Shown piece after piece: positions 25,291-35,700 of a stretch of 53,398 nucleotides of DNA (the first letter of the stretch is position 1; every line of letters starts with the position of its first letter). This DNA is from a virus. Lineage: Duplodnaviria; Caudoviricetes. The notes below the pieces were generated by a model. It saw only the letters and a list, made by a program, of their open reading frames with translations. It ran no database searches and was not told the DNA's origin. The position numbers and the translations under genes were made by a program. The stretch spans positions 1 to 53,398 of IMG/VR virus record IMGVR_UViG_3300044639_002247, one strand, 5' to 3'.

Positions 25291-28227
25291 ATGCTCTTAA
25301 GTATAGCAAATTCTCGTCCCCGTAATATGGAGTCTATTGGGGTAGCTGGACTCTATCCGCCTTCTTTGCAAGAATCAGCAGGCTCAATTATTAATTTCAT
25401 TGAACTTTATTATGACTATTTGAATAGTACTGGTTTGCCATCAAACGAGATTGCAAATATCACACGAGATAAGGACATTGATATTGTATCAAACAAATAT
25501 TTAACAGAAATACAAAGTTTAATAGGACGAAATATACCAAACAGTCGTGTGATTGATAAAGTTACGTTGTATAGAATTATTATACAATATTATCGTACTC
25601 GCGGATCAGAAGATAGTATACATACATTTTTTAAAATTTTCTTTGACGAAATTGTAGATATATTCTATCCTCGCGAATATCTTTTTGACCTGTCTGGCGG
25701 TCGCGGCGGGTGGAAGCCACTTAATATATCTTCTCTTCGTACGACAAATACAAATCCAAATAAAGTTACATTACTGGTAAAGTCGGATTATAAAATAGGA
25801 CCATTCCCGTTATCTGATAGTGGTCCATATACAGTAACACTAAAGGCAATTAGTAAGAATATGTGGACATATGGTGGTGGTCCAAAATCTTACAACTTGC
25901 CATATGTTGAAAAAACAAATATCGCAGTCGGAACAGCACCACCAATTTATAGATGGGTTTATCGTTATGCTGATTTGTTTGAAATCTATAGCACAAATGA
26001 CACGCTGTGGCCAGACGAAGCCGCATGGGAAATAGTGTCTCGCAATATTGAGTATTCTCAACAACCGGGCGAAGGTGCGCCCGTCGAAACTAAAAATATT
26101 GATTATGGCACGCTCACTGTTACAGTAGATACGCCAGTATTTGAAGATGAATTCATCGTTGATGAGACTAAGACTGAGTTGAACCCCGGTCAATCTTTGA
26201 TTGACGAAAAGGTTCCGTCAAACTTACTCGTGACGGAGCGTTTAATAGAAAATCGCAGTGAACTTGATGAATTGGCTGATATTGAGTATTTTGGTATTAC
26301 TACTGAAGCAGAATTACAGTTAGAAGTTGAACGCGTTGCAGACCTTCGAGTAACTGCAATTGTAACAGAAGAAGCAGGTGGACTTAGATACGAGGTTAAT
26401 AATACAAATATTGAGTATTACCATACGTTTGAAGTGACAGCTTTTCCAGAATATACCGTTAAAACTGGAGACATTGTTCATTCACTTGAAGATGTCACTG
26501 ACTTAACCGATAATACTGATTTTTCTTATTCGAAAATTTATCGTTGTAGTGATTTAGACCCGATAACTTGGGTCGAAATTGATAAGAATATTAACGTTTG
26601 GAGTTACGAAGATAACAAGTCATTTGCGTCAGACTTATATAAACTACATGACGGCGAATATTGGCAAAAATATTCATATCGTATACGCTCGCAACTTCCA
26701 CAGGAAGACTGGGTAAATGACTATTTGCGATTTGTTCATCCAGCTGGATTAAAACTATTTAGTGCAATACTCTATGAATTTATTGCACGCACAGCCTGGA
26801 ACAATTTAATTGATTATTCAGTTAAAAAGCCACAGGATAGTTATCTCTGGCTAAATGAGTATGAACCTCCAGTCATAGGCTATCACACTCCTAGGTATCA
26901 ACCAGGATGGTTATCAGTTAACGAACGTCTGCTAACTATAATTCTAGAATATCTAAAGAGTCCGGGTAGTGAAGATGACTATGTGAGACTAATAACTTGT
27001 ATTATTGGTATTTTCAGTCAAAATAATAATCCACGAAATAAGACTGTATACACAGATTATCAAGGGTGGTTAAAATATCTTGATCCAAATGAACTTATAT
27101 GTGGAATAGCCGATAAGACTATTGATGAAGCAAGTTCTGCGTGGGGCGAGACGACGGGAAACATTTTTAGTAACATTTCATCCTTTGTTAGCTTTACAAT
27201 TAAAGACAAATCGTATTATCCATGGTTCTATAGCGAACTTATTCCGCTTGATTTAATATACGAAGACACTGACCCAGATTATTTTGAAGGTTTAGTTGAA
27301 TTAATTAATGCTGAAGTACAACCAAACTTTATTGTGAGTACTATAGAAAATAGGGTGCCCCTGATATATAGATACCCGCTTGAAAAACAAGATGGTGTGG
27401 ACGATTTTATAACTGAAGATGCAACAGATTCATTTATTACTGAAGGCCAAATTAATCCTCGTACAGTATCAAGTCTATTTTCAAATAAGACAATACTGGG
27501 GGAAAATGAAGTGGTGCGCTTTTATGCACTCACTAAATATATACCAGACGGCACAACTCTATATTGGAGCGTTTCAAACTCAAATGTGTCTCAGCAGTCT
27601 GGCGAGTGTGTCGTAAAAAATGGAGTAGCGGTCTTTAAGTTAGTTCCACTCTTAAGTATGTCAAGCGGGACAGACGTACAGTTTATAGCAACTATTCGTC
27701 AGGCATCTCCTGATGGGCTTATACTCGCCCACAGCGCGCCAGTTACAGTAAATGACAACCTGACTGCGCCAACATACTCGATAACCTCGGGTGTAACCAA
27801 TACAATTGAGGGCGGCGGAATTCCTTTTACAGTATCAACTACGAACGTTCCTGACAATAAGGCATTGTACTATGTGGCCTCACTTCCAAATGACTTAACG
27901 CCTTCAGTCGGTGGCTTGGTTGTAAAAAATAATAGCGCATCATTTACACTTATTGCAACCCCAGACACATTAAACACTGAAGGATCTGAACTGTTTAATG
28001 TTAAGCTTTATGCGTGCGGTACCGCTGGATTAGCTGCCGCGACTAGCGCTGACATAGAAATATTAGATGCATATAAATTATGGGATTTTTCCCCAACATC
28101 TTCAACTACTTTAAGTGGATTTACCGTTACTACATCAGACGCGTCACCTATAAAAATTGGTTGGACTGATGGCTCACTAGAACAAACGGTGAGTAGCGCC
28201 GTCGCTACTACACATACCTACTCGTAA
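25291..28227 (+). CDS. baseplate wedge gp7-like with C-terminal Ig/Calx-like extensions
   Basis: Follows gp6; YYRTRGSEDSI..FFKIFF, LHDGEYWQKYSY, FVHPAGLKLF. Confidence 0.75.
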   Translation: MLLSIANSRPRNMESIGVAGLYPPSLQESAGSIINFIELYYDYLNSTGLPSNEIANITRDKDIDIVSNKYLTEIQSLIGRNIPNSRVIDKVTLYRIIIQYYRTRGSEDSIHTFFKIFFDEIVDIFYPREYLFDLSGGRGGWKPLNISSLRTTNTNPNKVTLLVKSDYKIGPFPLSDSGPYTVTLKAISKNMWTYGGGPKSYNLPYVEKTNIAVGTAPPIYRWVYRYADLFEIYSTNDTLWPDEAAWEIVSRNIEYSQQPGEGAPVETKNIDYGTLTVTVDTPVFEDEFIVDETKTELNPGQSLIDEKVPSNLLVTERLIENRSELDELADIEYFGITTEAELQLEVERVADLRVTAIVTEEAGGLRYEVNNTNIEYYHTFEVTAFPEYTVKTGDIVHSLEDVTDLTDNTDFSYSKIYRCSDLDPITWVEIDKNINVWSYEDNKSFASDLYKLHDGEYWQKYSYRIRSQLPQEDWVNDYLRFVHPAGLKLFSAILYEFIARTAWNNLIDYSVKKPQDSYLWLNEYEPPVIGYHTPRYQPGWLSVNERLLTIILEYLKSPGSEDDYVRLITCIIGIFSQNNNPRNKTVYTDYQGWLKYLDPNELICGIADKTIDEASSAWGETTGNIFSNISSFVSFTIKDKSYYPWFYSELIPLDLIYEDTDPDYFEGLVELINAEVQPNFIVSTIENRVPLIYRYPLEKQDGVDDFITEDATDSFITEGQINPRTVSSLFSNKTILGENEVVRFYALTKYIPDGTTLYWSVSNSNVSQQSGECVVKNGVAVFKLVPLLSMSSGTDVQFIATIRQASPDGLILAHSAPVTVNDNLTAPTYSITSGVTNTIEGGGIPFTVSTTNVPDNKALYYVASLPNDLTPSVGGLVVKNNSASFTLIATPDTLNTEGSELFNVKLYACGTAGLAAATSADIEILDAYKLWDFSPTSSTTLSGFTVTTSDASPIKIGWTDGSLEQTVSSAVATTHTYS

Positions 28228-28233
28228 CCGCAT

Positions 28234-28241
28234 TATAAATA
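28234..28241 (+). promoter_or_regulatory. late promoter
   Basis: TATAAATA 7 nt before ATG 28249. Confidence 0.8.
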
Positions 28242-28248
28242 ATAGTAT

Positions 28249-30093
28249 ATGTCAGACATAAAATTTTCACAACTCACGCAAATAACAAACGCGTCACCAT
28301 TAGATCTCGTGCCAATAATCGACGTCTCTAATCCGCTTATGTCAGAGAACGGAAGCAATGCCATTGTTAGTGTTGGCGACCTCGCGTCTTCGTTTTTTAA
28401 TGGTCTTGGAAATGGATCAATAAGTAGCGCACAAATACAGACGAGTCCAGAATTCTTTGGCAACGTAAAGTTACCAATCACCACATCTATTGGGCCAATA
28501 ACTGGAACTGAGATTGGTTTCTTAACTGGTTTGCGTAATAACATACAATATCAGTTTGACAACCTAGTTTATTATGGCACAACAATTTTTGGACCAGGAA
28601 CAACTAGTGCTGCGCCACTTAAAATTCTAGCTGGTACAAATACAATAACACCAAGTCCTGGAAATATTGAGTTTGATGGCACAAGTCTGTATTATACAAA
28701 CAATAATCCAACCCCAGCACGTCAGACGCTTGCGACCACAACCTATGTAGATAGTATAATAGACGGCGCGCCCGGGGTTTTAAACACACTTAATGAATTG
28801 GCGTTTGCTCTTAATGATGATGCAAACTATGCAACAACTATTACTACAGCGTTATCTGGTAAAGAGCCGGCAATAACAGCTGGAACGACTGCTCAATATT
28901 GGCGTGGTGATAAAACGTGGCAGACTTTAAATAAAGCAAGTGTTGATTTGAGCAATGTTACCAATGAAAGCAAGGCTACAATGTTTAGTAACCCCACTTT
29001 CTCTGGAACAACAACACTGCCAGCCGGAACAACTACAGTTGCACCATTAAAATTAACGGCTGGAACAAATTTAACTTCTCCAGTTGCTGGTAGTGTTGAA
29101 TTTGATGGCACTGAAATATACATTACAAATTCAGTTGGCTCTAGAAAAACATTAACCTACACAGATCACACCCATACTACTGCAACAATAAGTGTAGCTG
29201 GGTTTATGTCAGCGGCTGATAAGGTTAGGCTTGACGGAATAGCAGCTGGTGCTGAAGTAAATGTTCAAGCTGATTGGAACGCGTCATCTGGTGATGCTGC
29301 AATCTTAAATAAACCCGATAATGCAACAATAAGTGTAGCTGGGTTTATGTCAGCGACTGATAAAAGTCGTTTAGACGACGCTTCTGGCGTTAATGGATTG
29401 GTTAAGTGTAATGGCTCGGGAGACTTTTCAGTTGCGTCTGCTGGCACAGACTATGCAGCTACTTCACATACGCATGGCAGCATAACCAATGATGGTAAAC
29501 TTGGAACGACAACCAATTTGCCACTTATAACTACCACGGGTGGTACAATATCTACTGGATCATTTGGAACTGCAGCAAACACATTTTGTGCTGGAAATGA
29601 CACTCGATTAAGTGATGCTCGTACTCCTGCTTCACATACGCATGGCAGCATAACCAATGATGGTAAACTTGGAACGACAACCAATTTGCCACTTATAACT
29701 ACCACGGGTGGTACAATATCTACTGGATCATTTGGCACAACTGCCAATACATTTTGCGCTGGAAATGACACTCGTATTGATAATTTGCATACTGTCGTTA
29801 ATACTTCAGCGGCAACACTCACTATAACTGAAGCGGATAACAATGAATATATACGTTGCTCTGCAGCAGGCGGAACTGCAATAACATTAAATGGAGCTGG
29901 AGCATGGACAGACGGTATGACGGTAACAGTTCGACGAGTTGGAGGAACGTCACCTGCAGGTGCATTAACATTAACTACTTCAAACGCAACAATAAATGAT
30001 AATGATATTGCAAATATTTTAGCTGGAGACACGTTTGCACTAAAATGCGTTGACATTAGCAGTCCTACAAATAAGGTATTTGATTTTATTTAA
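28249..30093 (+). CDS. tail fibre protein
   Basis: APGVLNTLNELAFALNDD, GFMSAADKVRLDGI, HTH repeats; Thr/Gly-rich. Confidence 0.8.
   Translation: MSDIKFSQLTQITNASPLDLVPIIDVSNPLMSENGSNAIVSVGDLASSFFNGLGNGSISSAQIQTSPEFFGNVKLPITTSIGPITGTEIGFLTGLRNNIQYQFDNLVYYGTTIFGPGTTSAAPLKILAGTNTITPSPGNIEFDGTSLYYTNNNPTPARQTLATTTYVDSIIDGAPGVLNTLNELAFALNDDANYATTITTALSGKEPAITAGTTAQYWRGDKTWQTLNKASVDLSNVTNESKATMFSNPTFSGTTTLPAGTTTVAPLKLTAGTNLTSPVAGSVEFDGTEIYITNSVGSRKTLTYTDHTHTTATISVAGFMSAADKVRLDGIAAGAEVNVQADWNASSGDAAILNKPDNATISVAGFMSATDKSRLDDASGVNGLVKCNGSGDFSVASAGTDYAATSHTHGSITNDGKLGTTTNLPLITTTGGTISTGSFGTAANTFCAGNDTRLSDARTPASHTHGSITNDGKLGTTTNLPLITTTGGTISTGSFGTTANTFCAGNDTRIDNLHTVVNTSAATLTITEADNNEYIRCSAAGGTAITLNGAGAWTDGMTVTVRRVGGTSPAGALTLTTSNATINDNDIANILAGDTFALKCVDISSPTNKVFDFI
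29462..29775 (+). repeat. 168-bp tandem duplication in fibre gene
   Basis: SHTHGSITNDGKLGTTTNLPLITTTGGTISTGSFGT.ANTFCAGNDTR x2, starting at 29462 and 29630. Confidence 0.9.
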
Positions 30094-30096
30094 TAT

Positions 30097-31296
30097 ATGT
30101 TATCATCAGTAATACAAGGAAAGCGCAAACGGCGTCGTGGTAATGGTAATCAAATTATCCATACTATAAGAAATTGGTCTCTCAAAGGACAAGCTTATAC
30201 TGAAAGTGAAGCTATAGGCGGCTATGCTACCAGTGTTAACGCTGATGGCGCAGTAGTTGTGAATGCAGGCAGAAACGCTTTAAACGCTCCGTTTTTAAAT
30301 GTAGGGCGATGGAACAGCGGTTCGCAGTCTTGGTCGTACAGCAAAATTAATCTAGCACCACAGGATGGAGAGATAGTTACAAGCATAAGTGACGATGGCA
30401 ACGTTATAGCTGTAGGATTTGAAGGATTTGGTGGCGGTAACGTATATACAAGCACCACAAACGTCATCATCTATGCATGGAACAGTTCTTCGTGGTCACA
30501 ACGCGGATCTGCTATTTCTACTCGCAGCGTATCGAGCAGCATTGATATTAGTGGAGATGGATCTGTGCTAGCAATAGGTGAGCCATATTTTGCCGACGAG
30601 ACCCCTTCGTCAAATACAAGAGTTAGAATCTTTAGATGGTCTGGAATTTCCTGGATCGCACATGGTAATACAATACTTAAACTTGGCCTCACCGACGTTA
30701 CGCGTCTTTTTGGTTGGAAAGTTTCTCTTGACGGTTCCGGAGATACGGTAGCAATAGGCACACAAAGCGTCGATGCCGGTGTAGATATATACAGACTCAA
30801 CGGCAGTACTTGGTCTCAACTCGGAAACAGATCACAATATGAGACAGTTTCGGATGGTTGGAATGGTTGTGATGCTGTAAAACTTGACTCTACAGGAAAT
30901 TTTATGGTGGTTGCCGGATATCAAGAATCATCTCAAGGTGGTTCAGATACTCTTGGAGTTATTCGTGTTTTTAGATGGACAGGTTCTACGTGGACTAAAG
31001 TAGGTAATGATATAACTCAACCTGCTTTTTATAGCAATAATGAACCAGATGTAAGCTTATCTATGGACGGCACTGCTTCTAGAATAATAGTAGGAACTAG
31101 ACAATTAGCATCAGACGGCGGAGATAGTTCTATTAAAGTCTATGACTGGAATGGTACGGGTTGGGAACTATCAGCAACTGTAACACATGGAGCTACAGAC
31201 AGCAACAACGGATTTAATCCAAAACTTTCACTAGACGGTCAAACAATAACGTTTGGTGCGCCTAACACAAAGACTAGTGCAGTCTATACAACATAA
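30097..31296 (+). CDS. beta-propeller (FG-GAP-like) adhesin
   Basis: Repeats of S.DG..AIG...RIFRW.G..W...G. Confidence 0.72.
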   Translation: MLSSVIQGKRKRRRGNGNQIIHTIRNWSLKGQAYTESEAIGGYATSVNADGAVVVNAGRNALNAPFLNVGRWNSGSQSWSYSKINLAPQDGEIVTSISDDGNVIAVGFEGFGGGNVYTSTTNVIIYAWNSSSWSQRGSAISTRSVSSSIDISGDGSVLAIGEPYFADETPSSNTRVRIFRWSGISWIAHGNTILKLGLTDVTRLFGWKVSLDGSGDTVAIGTQSVDAGVDIYRLNGSTWSQLGNRSQYETVSDGWNGCDAVKLDSTGNFMVVAGYQESSQGGSDTLGVIRVFRWTGSTWTKVGNDITQPAFYSNNEPDVSLSMDGTASRIIVGTRQLASDGGDSSIKVYDWNGTGWELSATVTHGATDSNNGFNPKLSLDGQTITFGAPNTKTSAVYTT

Positions 31297-31301
31297 ATTA
31301 T

Positions 31302-31309
31302 TATAAATA
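31302..31309 (+). promoter_or_regulatory. late promoter
   Basis: TATAAATA 6 nt before ATG 31316. Confidence 0.8.
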
Positions 31310-31315
31310 TAGCAT

Positions 31316-32686
31316 ATGGCCACAATAAAGATTTCAGCGTTACCAGCAATTACTAGTAATAGCGTTACTAGTAATGATCTTTTTCATGTTATTGATGTAG
31401 ACGCCACGAGTCAAACATATCCTACTGGCACAAACAAAAAGGTAACTGCGTCGATCTTGGCAGAACGCCTTGCGGCACTTAATACTACTACAATACCTCC
31501 AGTAGTACAGACCGAATTAGACTTAAAGTTATCAATCGCTGACTTTAATGGCGTCGGGCTTAAAATTGCAGCTCCAGTTGTTGCTGCTACTATTGCGCCA
31601 GTAACACTTACTGGTCTGACTGCAATCTTTGCTAATGCCATTATTGACGGAGTGACTCTTGTAGCTGGAGATCGTCTACTTGTAAAAAACCAAAGTACCA
31701 CGTCAGAAAATGGTATCTATATAATTTCAACTACACCGACAATACCGGTTCGAGCAACTGACTTTAATGAACCAACTGAAATTAATAATGGCTTTGTACT
31801 TGTAAATGGAGGCACAACTCAGAACGGCAGCGGCTGGGCAGTAACAAGCACAGTCACAGTCTCTCCATCTGGAGTAGGGACCGACCCAATCGTTTTTACT
31901 CAATTTGCATCTGGTCTTTCCGGCCTTTCAAAGTCGTCTGTAGGACTGGGCAATGTTGATAACACGAGCGATATTAGTAAGCCGCTGTCGACAGCAACGA
32001 TCACCGCATTAGCTGGCAAGCAAGGCCTGATAGGCGGCGCAGCATCAACAATAACAACTAGTAACTTAGGTGCTAGTCGAGCATTAGTTTCAGATGTCAC
32101 CGGTAAAGTGGCAGCATCAGCGACAGTAACGAGTGCTCAGTTGGGCTACTTAACTGATGTCACGAGTAACATTCAAGCACAACTAGATAACAAAGCTCCT
32201 CTTGCATCTCCAACATTTACTGGGAATGTTGCACTACCAAGTACAACTACTGTTGGTGGTACTGTAATTGGCACAATTCCAGCTGGAGCAGTTATGGCTT
32301 TTGCCATGAATTCCGCTCCTGCCGGGTGGTTAGTTGCTGATGGAACTGCAGTGTCTCGCGCCACTTACGCGAATTTATTTACGGCGATTGGAACATTATA
32401 TCCCGGAGGAGATGGAGCAACAACATTTGCTGTGCCAGACTTGCGTGGCTATTTTGTTCGCGGAACAGGAACAAATAGTGATGGGACGGTATCTGGAACA
32501 TTTGCAGCAAAGCAAGCTGACGAGTTTAAGTCTCACACTCATACTGTTGATAACATTGTATTAGTTCCTGGTTATCAAGGAAGCGGTGGTGGACTCGTTG
32601 GAAGAAGTTCTGCAAATTCTGGCAGCACAGGAGGAACTGAAACTCGCCCTAGAAACATCGCAATGCTTTATTGCATTAAATTTTAA
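31316..32686 (+). CDS. tail fibre with tail-collar domain
   Basis: PAGAVMAFA..APAGWL..DG..VSRATYANLF..PDLRGYFVRG, SHTH, ETRPRNIAMLYCIK. Confidence 0.87.
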   Translation: MATIKISALPAITSNSVTSNDLFHVIDVDATSQTYPTGTNKKVTASILAERLAALNTTTIPPVVQTELDLKLSIADFNGVGLKIAAPVVAATIAPVTLTGLTAIFANAIIDGVTLVAGDRLLVKNQSTTSENGIYIISTTPTIPVRATDFNEPTEINNGFVLVNGGTTQNGSGWAVTSTVTVSPSGVGTDPIVFTQFASGLSGLSKSSVGLGNVDNTSDISKPLSTATITALAGKQGLIGGAASTITTSNLGASRALVSDVTGKVAASATVTSAQLGYLTDVTSNIQAQLDNKAPLASPTFTGNVALPSTTTVGGTVIGTIPAGAVMAFAMNSAPAGWLVADGTAVSRATYANLFTAIGTLYPGGDGATTFAVPDLRGYFVRGTGTNSDGTVSGTFAAKQADEFKSHTHTVDNIVLVPGYQGSGGGLVGRSSANSGSTGGTETRPRNIAMLYCIKF

Positions 32687-32688
32687 TT

Positions 32689-32696
32689 TATAAATA
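32689..32696 (+). promoter_or_regulatory. late promoter
   Basis: TATAAATA 5 nt before ATG 32702. Confidence 0.8.
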
Positions 32697-32701
32697 ATCT
32701 T

Positions 32702-35700
32702 ATGCCAGTTAAAATTACATCACTAGCCCCAATTGATACAATTGCTCAAAATGATCTTATACATATCATTGACGTCGGCAATAAGACCATGGGCGATAGT
32801 GGCACAAATACACATATAACTGCCGGAGCCGCGGCAAATCAATTGGGTGCCTTGCTAACTGCTGTTCCAGCAGTTATACAGACTGAAATTGATGAAAAGG
32901 CTAACATCAACAATCCTATATTTACAGGAAATGTAACTCTTCCAAGTACGACATCGATTGGCGAAGTTACTGCTGGTGAAATCGCATTTGTACATGACGT
33001 TACGAGTCCAATTCAAACTCAACTAGACAGTAAAGTACCAGCATTCAATTCTGCTTTTACCGGAACAATTACTTCATCAAATAACGCTGCCCAGTCATTA
33101 ACTTCAGCTGCATTACATTGCACGGGAACGACTGGTGCCATATTAATGGATAGTGCTGGCCACAAAAGAATCTCATGGAATGACGGCGACGGTAACTTTA
33201 ACATACGTGCTGGACATTATTATAATGGTACAGCCGTTGTCTATGCGAAGCAGTCAAATGAAAATAATGGAGGAGCAGCAGCCATAGCATTTGGTTCAGA
33301 CGGCGCCGACGGCAACATCACGATGAGTGCTGCACCGATTGGTGTGTCTGGCACAACAGTAGCCTGGGCAAACAACTTTATACTAAATAAAGACGCTGCA
33401 TATACAGATAAAAACTTTGGTATTGGAACAACGTCTCCAGTGGATACGTTAGACGCCAACGGATCAGTAGTATTACGTGGTAACTCTGCTGGAGCCATAA
33501 TGTTTGCTCCTAAATTTGGATGGGCGCCGTACGGCACTAACTATGATAGGTTTGAAATCTATGTAGATCCAAATGCGCAAATTACAACTATTGGAAACTC
33601 ACATGGTGGCACCGGGGTCGCCAGAGCACTTGGTCTTAAAACATCTGGCGCCAACAGAATGACAATTATGGCCGATGGCAAAGTCGGTATTGGAACAAGC
33701 GCTCCTACTACTGCGCTTGAAGTAAATGGTACAATAACTGCAACTGCATTTAGCGGATCATTCGTTGGTCAGTTTTCAGGAAATATAGCCACCTCTACGC
33801 TTGCGGCAAAGGCAAGTACCCTTGCTGCTGGCGGTGGTAACGGCACCGCAATGACATTTAACTGGGTAGCGGGGAATCCAACAAATGGACAACCATTGTG
33901 GTTATGGGGCGGCAGTGACGCCGCAAACATGTACGTCTATAATCCAAGCAACTTTAGTGTAGCAACTGCCACCAGTGCGACGACTGCCACCAGTGCGGGG
34001 AGTTTCACTGGTTCGCTGGCAGGAGATGTGACCGGCACCCAAGGTGCGACGACAATCTCTGCGGGGACGGTGACGGGTAAGGCGCTCACTGGCTATGTTT
34101 CTGGAGCGGGGACGATTGCTGCGACCGACACGATTTTAGGCGCAATCAACAAACTCAATGGCAATGTCGGGCTAAAGGCGAATATTGCCAGTCCAACCTT
34201 ATCAGGTTTAACGTTGAGTGATTCAAGCATAGTTTTTGAAGGATCGTCTGCAGATGAATTTGAAACTACTCTGACAGTCACTAATCCCACCGCAGATCGC
34301 ACTATAACTCTACCAAATGTTACAGGAACAATAGTCACAAGTGGTGACACCGGTAGTGTGACATCTACAATGATTTTAGATGGCACAATTAATAATGCTG
34401 ACATAAGCACATCCGCGGCAATTGCCGACACCAAACTAGCTACAATAAGCACAAGCGGAAAGGTTGCTAACAGCGCCACAACCGCAACAAGTAACAATAA
34501 TCCCAATACAATAGTTACTCGTGATGCCTCTGGAAACTTTAGTGCTGGTACGATTACTGGTGACGTCACTGGAAATGTGACTGGCTCGTCTGGTTATGCG
34601 ACAACTGCTGGCTCTTGTACAGGAAATGCTGCAACTGCTAGTTATGCAACAGCTGCAGGATCTACAATAAACGTACGTGGAGTATCTAAATTTCCTGAAA
34701 AAAGCAATTCTGGTGCGCTGCTGTTAGGATATGGTTTTACCTTTATTGATTCAGATAACGAAATACGAGCTATTGGTTCTTCGACCGCGGCGAATGCATT
34801 GCCTGCAACTTTCGATCAATATGCTCCAGCTGGAGTATATGGCCCGCTATTTGAAAATATTATACCTGACAAACTTTATGTAAATCAGCAGTCAGCATTT
34901 GTGATAACGACGACTGGCAAAGTATTTGCGGCGGGTGTTAATACTTCCGGCGGGTTGGGCGTCGCCGTCGTCGGTGAAACTAAGACTTTACTTGATGTTA
35001 AGTTACCGGACACTGAGGTTTGTGTGAAAATTGCTCTTAGTGCAGAACGAAATACTCAAAATACATACTTCTTAACAGCATCTGGAAAAGTATATGTCTC
35101 GGGAGATAATACTCGCGGGCAACTGGGATTTGCCGGTCGGTCGACCTCGTATGATGCAACCGCTCCCGAATTAACAATTGGTCCGGGGAGTCCAAGTCAA
35201 ACCACGGCCGTTACAGATATTCAAACAGTTGGCAGTGGTAGCTCCCACACTGCGATAGCATTGTTAAGTAACGGTACAGTATGGGTTTGTGGATACGGCG
35301 ACTACGGACAAATGGGAAATGGTACCTCTAATGCGGTCAATACCACGTGGACACAGGTTAGGACGACTGGTACTACCCTTGGTAATATTAAAAAAATATA
35401 TGCTGCTGGCGCCGATTCGAAAACTTCGCTTTATGCACTAGATACGAATAATAGACTATGGGGGTGGGGCAATAGCTCATGGGGTCAATTAGCGCAAAAT
35501 AATACAAACGAGCAAACGTATGCAGTGAAAGTATCAGATGGCGTTGACAAGTTTTGGGCATTTGGTGCTTCTTGTTTTATAAAGAGACTACCGGGTGCGG
35601 AGCAGGCTGGCATACCTGGCCTCAACTACAGCATTGGACAAATACATTCATGGGGATACAACGGCTACGGCCAATTAGGCATAGGGACTACGACCAACCG

